37,973 nt of DNA from an uncultured Candidatus Saccharibacteria bacterium (GTDB taxonomy: Bacteria; Patescibacteriota; Dojkabacteria; J137): positions 1-37,973 of the forward strand of contig CAYUKX010000001.1 in assembly GCA_964445405.1 (NCBI GenBank), in the 5' to 3' direction. The notes under the pieces are model-generated. The model saw nothing but the letters and a program-made list of their open reading frames with translations, did no database searches and was not told where the DNA came from. Made by a program: the position numbers and the translations under genes. Within the stretch, counting starts at the first letter, position 1. Each line of letters starts with the position of its first letter. Below are positions 34,301-37,973 of the stretch, piece after piece.

Positions 34301-35830
34301 AGCAACCTTTCCAGAAGAGGAAGTGGCCGTAAAACTATGATATCCCGATGTTCCAGAGAAAGTTAGTTTACCAGTCAGATCAGCTACTCCATTTACAAAA
34401 TCATCTGCACTAACTAACTGAGTTCCAGTACCACTTAATCCAGTAATAGAGCCATCATTTGGACTAACAGTAATTGAAATATTTTCTGTAGCTGCATTAA
34501 AATTTTCTTTTATATTTAGAAAGCTATCGTATGCAACAATGTTATTAATTCCGCTAAATGCAACTTTGTTATTCTGGGTTGTTTCTAGATTAAATTCTAA
34601 ACTAGTAAATACTCCACTCCGTACAATAATATTTTGAGTCCCATCAATCCAATCGCCTTCTGGTGGATTTGTTTTATGTGCGGTTAATGTCCAACCTGTT
34701 AAATTTGCTACCTCATCGTAGTAACAAAATTGTGCTGTCGAATTACCTGAGGTGATTATTACATTTGTAATTATGTTAGATGTGCAAGAACCATTTTGAA
34801 CTTGAAAAAAGGTTTTGTTAGGACTGGTTGAATTTGAGCTTAGTTCAATTGTGGTATTAACCTGAACTGGGGTATCGTTACCACCATCATCACGAGTTTG
34901 AATTGTCATTAAATTTGATACTGTCCCTGCGTTAATTGTTTGTTCTTCAGTTGTAAACGCAATTCTATCAGGGTTTGGAATAGCTGGTGACATATCAATT
35001 GACTCTGCACTTTCGCCAGAACTTTCAAGATAACTTGGTGAATGTGCACTCCACTCAAATCTAACTTTTAATTTATATTTATATGAATGGCCTAAAATAA
35101 CTGAAGAATCGGTAAAAGTTAACCGTTGCCCCGCATTCTGATTGACCGTGCCTACAAGTTCATAACCAGCACCATTATCGTTTCTATAAATTGAATATCC
35201 AGTTATGGCACCATTTAAAGTTCCACCACTTAATCCGGAGTTATTATCCCATAAAGCATTCCACGCTATATCTATAGATGTAAATGTAGCTGATTCAAAT
35301 TCAGGTGTTGGTATTTTTTCCATGACTGCACTTGCAGCGGCATAATCAATTCCATTAGTATTTAAATCATTTTGTGTAATTGTTTTTTTTACTCCGGCAA
35401 CATATGCGTCTCCACTCCAACCATTTAATCCAGGGTATGTTTCAAGAATTACAATAGAGTTATCACCAACTGTAGGTTTTGGTGTCCATGATGAACTGCC
35501 CACATCAAAAAGAAAGTATGCTGGATCACCTGCACTTGCATAACCAGCTGGGTAAATTTGATTATTGCTAGGCTTATTGGATACCACTCCATTGATATTT
35601 AAATTGGACCTGTACGCTGTTGCTCTTGCAAAGCTATTCGGCGATAGATTATCTCCATTAATTGTTGAACTTCCGTCTGTATATTTAACAACTCCCATCA
35701 GATTAAATATTGATTCAGCTGAAACATGCAGAATACCTGCGTTAGTTATAGAAACAAGTGCAAAAAACAGAACTAGTGTTTGCTTTAGTCTTATTAATAT
35801 TTTTTTGTTTTTTGCACTATTAAGTCTCAT
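31319..35830 (-). CDS. Large secreted Ig-like/FN3 repeat surface protein (1503 aa)
   Basis: Signal peptide, FN3-like GYSIYR...Y-x-Y, repeated D-x-x-x-N...Y-x-G-x-K-x-x-x-YSG units, YVSGNNQ invasin-like Ig units, and a Pro/Thr/Gln linker. Confidence 0.8.
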   Translation of the reverse strand: MRLNSAKNKKILIRLKQTLVLFFALVSITNAGILHVSAESIFNLMGVVKYTDGSSTINGDNLSPNSFARATAYRSNLNINGVVSNKPSNNQIYPAGYASAGDPAYFLFDVGSSSWTPKPTVGDNSIVILETYPGLNGWSGDAYVAGVKKTITQNDLNTNGIDYAAASAVMEKIPTPEFESATFTSIDIAWNALWDNNSGLSGGTLNGAITGYSIYRNDNGAGYELVGTVNQNAGQRLTFTDSSVILGHSYKYKLKVRFEWSAHSPSYLESSGESAESIDMSPAIPNPDRIAFTTEEQTINAGTVSNLMTIQTRDDGGNDTPVQVNTTIELSSNSTSPNKTFFQVQNGSCTSNIITNVIITSGNSTAQFCYYDEVANLTGWTLTAHKTNPPEGDWIDGTQNIIVRSGVFTSLEFNLETTQNNKVAFSGINNIVAYDSFLNIKENFNAATENISITVSPNDGSITGLSGTGTQLVSADDFVNGVADLTGKLTFSGTSGYHSFTATSSSGKVAISPSVLINPAQATHLSINVPTNVTAGTQFDITSITALDEFNNVDTSFNGNKLVTYSGAANGPTGTTPVFTTGVNFTNGVSTTALNTILVKAETTSLNIEVENLTGISNEFTVNPATAEYFLIDSPTSATAGVEFNLNSITAYDHYGNIDTNYTGVKTLSYSGAANGPSSGSPTYTTEVEFDNGSSVTTLTTQLVKKESIQITITDGLITGLSEYINVAAGQVGSIEYVSGNNQTAQINSFVAEPLVVAVKDLFGNPKNNYPVLFVVTKSDGYLSIADPVTNNEGVASQTFRLGSTAGTDSDEVQAQINGAAGSPIVFTATATPNNPTNLVIDSPLSAVAGQEFNLTLSVLDEEGNLITDYSGVKIIEYSGANASANNTNPTLNTSVEFINGSATIPITLVKAESALLSLTIAEDNLSGTADPINVSAATTHSFQVVAPSTVQSGVSFNLVSVTTIDQFANISNDYTGSKTLTYSGPTADPVTGSTPIYTTTVSFSSSASTTTLSTTLFKAETVAITVKDGSIEGTSNAITVTYADYVIYYVSGNNQVGVAGQTLEEPIKVIVLDNQGQPAIDKTVLFTVTTGNGSVGVPNTLNPETGETSTTWTLGTAVGNQSVVASVDGIQTTITFNATAVADSASLITIAPLSIATYVGYSTEAINVCLHDQFGNQVVTNLPRSINLNSTSNTGEFATEVAGQWGIGSADIQTGQSCVNIYYKDTRSGNFTFSASGNGLTTATSSVVVAALTPTTIVVNPSSFTINENNSQQLSAIVYDQFSKSMTNVTVVWEMENTNAGTITQNGLYTPVKVAGTYENAIKVSFGGIIAHSTPTVTVTPAPVIPTPPQQPVVTPQQPQITPSVPVVVPNIPTTPVVINVDEDYFSDDEGTVEVTIEVPVVSILSPRQGSLILSNGHVNISGTSIPNQIVVVKDEQNNILGSVTSDNNGYWKLFVSRNKFFTDQGTITATVYNTNVSTAPLTFDFKPRSFGEYLYDLIFNN

Positions 35831-36861
35831 TAAGTTAGTTGTGTATTAGCTACTCCACCAATAAATGGAGGATTAGTATTTGGCGTTTGAACAAGTGGAT
35901 GTTGAATAATATTAGGAACAACCCGTTGTTGTGTTTGTTGAACATCTGGTTGTGGTTGAGTTTGCTGCACAGCTTGCGGCTGCGTAACAGGTACAATATT
36001 AACTGGTCTTGTTGGAACTGTTTGAATTGGTATTTGTTGTGGAGCAAAAACTTGCTGTGGCAACTGGTTTTGTTGTTGAGGTATTACATTATTTACTGGC
36101 ATTGTTTGTTGAACATTTGGTTGCTGATATTGTACATTATTATATGCAGGCTGTGGCATAACAATAGTTGGCTGTGCAACTTGGAATGCTTGTTGAGTAC
36201 CAATATTAATCATAGGTTCATTTAATGGAACAATTTCAACAATATTATCTTCAACGATTTCTCGGACTGGAATATCTCCTGCAGTCGTGTGTAAGTATAT
36301 TCTTCTTTTTTTATTGCCTGTTATTCTAAATACAATAACAATTACTGCAATTATTAATACAGAGAAAATGATAATTAATGTAGAGCCTGGAATAGCAAAC
36401 CAAGAGGTTGCACCCGCATCATCTGCAACTGTGAAAAATATTTTTTCTGTCCCTATGCTTCCTGTAGTTTCATTTTGAAATGCTGCAACCACAGAATATT
36501 TTCCCGGAACTAAATTTTTAGAAGGAATATATACCCAATCACCATTTCTATCACTTGTTGTTGTCGCATTAGTGATTAGATTTTGTTCATGCACTTGAAA
36601 TACTTTTTGATAATCTTCGTCTTGAAGAGTTACAGTTATTAAAACTCCTGCTGGAGCTTTACCAGAAACTGTAAATCCTTCGGTTACTATAACTTGAGAT
36701 TGTGACGGCTTTGTAATTGAAATTGTCAAAGGCGTAGCAGGATAAGACACTGTATTAGCTGCCGTTATTTTTACACAATAAAAAGTAGACAGGGCAAAAG
36801 TGGCTATTAAAAATGTTTTTAGAAAATGTTTTCTGTTCATTGTTCTATTTAGCCTTATCAA
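35830..36861 (-). CDS. Single-pass membrane protein with Ig-like ectodomain and Gln/Pro-rich cytoplasmic tail
   Basis: Signal peptide, SG-x-A...D-x-x-G-x-W...L-x-x-G-x-Y Ig-like domain, TM followed by KKRR, and a Q/P-rich tail; its stop overlaps the next start (TAATG). Confidence 0.75.
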   Translation of the reverse strand: MIRLNRTMNRKHFLKTFLIATFALSTFYCVKITAANTVSYPATPLTISITKPSQSQVIVTEGFTVSGKAPAGVLITVTLQDEDYQKVFQVHEQNLITNATTTSDRNGDWVYIPSKNLVPGKYSVVAAFQNETTGSIGTEKIFFTVADDAGATSWFAIPGSTLIIIFSVLIIAVIVIVFRITGNKKRRIYLHTTAGDIPVREIVEDNIVEIVPLNEPMINIGTQQAFQVAQPTIVMPQPAYNNVQYQQPNVQQTMPVNNVIPQQQNQLPQQVFAPQQIPIQTVPTRPVNIVPVTQPQAVQQTQPQPDVQQTQQRVVPNIIQHPLVQTPNTNPPFIGGVANTQLT

Positions 36862-36930
36862 GATAATATATCAGAATTAACCTACGATAACAATTTACTT
36901 GAGCTGTATTGCCTTTAAAGCTTTTCATAC

Positions 36931-37973
36931 TTATTTATTTGGATTAATAATTAAGTATGGAGTCCAAGTAACATTCGATGAACCTCCAGATAAATTTATA
37001 GATATTCCATCTCCTGGATTAATTGCAAAGTCATTTCCTTCCCAAATTCCTAAGTCACTATTATAAACAAATGATTCAGCAGTTTGATTTAATGCATTCC
37101 AAACATATATTCCATTTATTCTTTGATTTGTACTTAACCCACCTTCTATGTTGTTAACAACATCAGATGCACTACCAAATATTGTAGAATATGGCACGGA
37201 TAACCAATTATTATTTGGTTTATCAAGGTTTAGTGCAAATGCTTTTTGAGCAACAATATCGTTACCTGCAACAGTCCAATCAAAGTTATTTGTATTACCC
37301 GAAAGTATTAATGATATTCCATCTCCTGCTGCAATGTTAAAGTCTGTACCAACCCATTTATTTAGTAAAGGATTATATTTATAAGATTCAACATCTTGCG
37401 AATTAGCTCTCCATAAAGTAACAGTATTTATTTTTTGATTTGTGTTTGAACCAGTTCCACCTTCTATTTCAGTTACAATATCAGATGCTTTTGCATAATT
37501 TGATTCATAAGGAATAGAAATCCAGTTTGTATTTGCCAAACTTGCATTAAATGCATAACTTCTTCTTGAGGAATAAACCATTGTTGAATATGCACTTTCG
37601 CCAGATTCATTTTCTGCTCTTAAGATAAAGTAGTAAGTACCACTTGTTAATTCACTTTGAACTTGTGACCAAGGAATTGCATAAGTTGTTGCTGGACTTT
37701 CAATTGTTGCCATTTTTACCCAAGATGTAGTGTCATCCACATTTATAATTTGCGATATTACAGCATCACAGAATGGTTCAGTTGATCCTAAATCTCCAAA
37801 TCTATGTCCACTTTCAATTTCTTGAACACTACAATTGTCCTGGAATAATTGGGTAAATCTGTTTGTACTTCGGTACAAATTATAATTTAGTGCAAATTGT
37901 GAACTATCCCAGTTAAAGTTTAAGTTGTAATTCTCCGTTGCAGGTGCACTTGATGTTAATTCTTTGCTAATAA
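36931..37973 (-). CDS. 5'-truncated surface protein with FN3-like domain and two ~100-aa C-terminal repeats
   Basis: Frame stays open to the window edge (ISKELTSS...LNYNLYRS); FN3-like YYF-x-LRAEN-x-x-GES; duplicated NW-x-S-x-PY...ASD-x-V-x-x-IEGG...W-x-G-x-DF-x-I-x-x-GDGIS. Confidence 0.75.
   Translation of the reverse strand, partial: ISKELTSSAPATENYNLNFNWDSSQFALNYNLYRSTNRFTQLFQDNCSVQEIESGHRFGDLGSTEPFCDAVISQIINVDDTTSWVKMATIESPATTYAIPWSQVQSELTSGTYYFILRAENESGESAYSTMVYSSRRSYAFNASLANTNWISIPYESNYAKASDIVTEIEGGTGSNTNQKINTVTLWRANSQDVESYKYNPLLNKWVGTDFNIAAGDGISLILSGNTNNFDWTVAGNDIVAQKAFALNLDKPNNNWLSVPYSTIFGSASDVVNNIEGGLSTNQRINGIYVWNALNQTAESFVYNSDLGIWEGNDFAINPGDGISINLSGGSSNVTWTPYLIINPNK

Noticed and set aside
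733-36478. Antisense or overlapping ORFs (733..960, 2538..2729, 10269..10553, 11159..11386, 14844..15083, 15883..16134, 17312..17503, 17637..17843, 21037..21339, 22273..22494, 26023..26214, 33885..34340, 35565..35849, 35839..36225, 35850..36047, 36287..36478)
   Set aside because: These are shadow frames of longer, well-supported genes.
1-37973. CRISPR array, transposase, integrase, prophage or recoded TGA
   Set aside because: No regularly spaced short repeats or mobile-element proteins were seen, and long genes read through under the standard code, with TGA used as a stop at 25581.

Overview
AT-rich bacterial window whose gene content and style suggest a CPR/Patescibacteria chromosome, possibly Dojkabacteria-like (inference): giant secreted Gly/Thr/Asn-rich proteins, mostly no Shine-Dalgarno sites, and a tRNA without encoded CCA. 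From left to right it holds: (1) a ~700-bp stretch with three tandem GC-rich structured RNA candidates on the minus strand, each behind its own TTGnnn-17-TATAAT promoter; (2) a YbaK/ProXp tRNA deacylase, two envelope proteins, an OGG-type DNA glycosylase, tRNA-Gln and obgE; (3) a 4658-aa surface protein with an N-terminal response-regulator receiver domain, LamG, F-type lectin, ~340-aa Gly-rich repeats and Ig-like domains; (4) a Ku-LigD NHEJ pair whose LigD has no polymerase domain, a fourth promoter-to-terminator small RNA or micro-ORF unit, an Ada-like methyltransferase and a heliorhodopsin; (5) ArsR, DUF2277, zf-UBP, MFS, VOC and Crp genes; (6) an operon of Ig/FN3 surface proteins running off the right edge. 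The most novel-looking elements are the triple ncRNA array (86-783), the receiver-fused giant adhesin and the 22704-22925 small RNA. All family calls come from motif recognition by eye; no database search was run.
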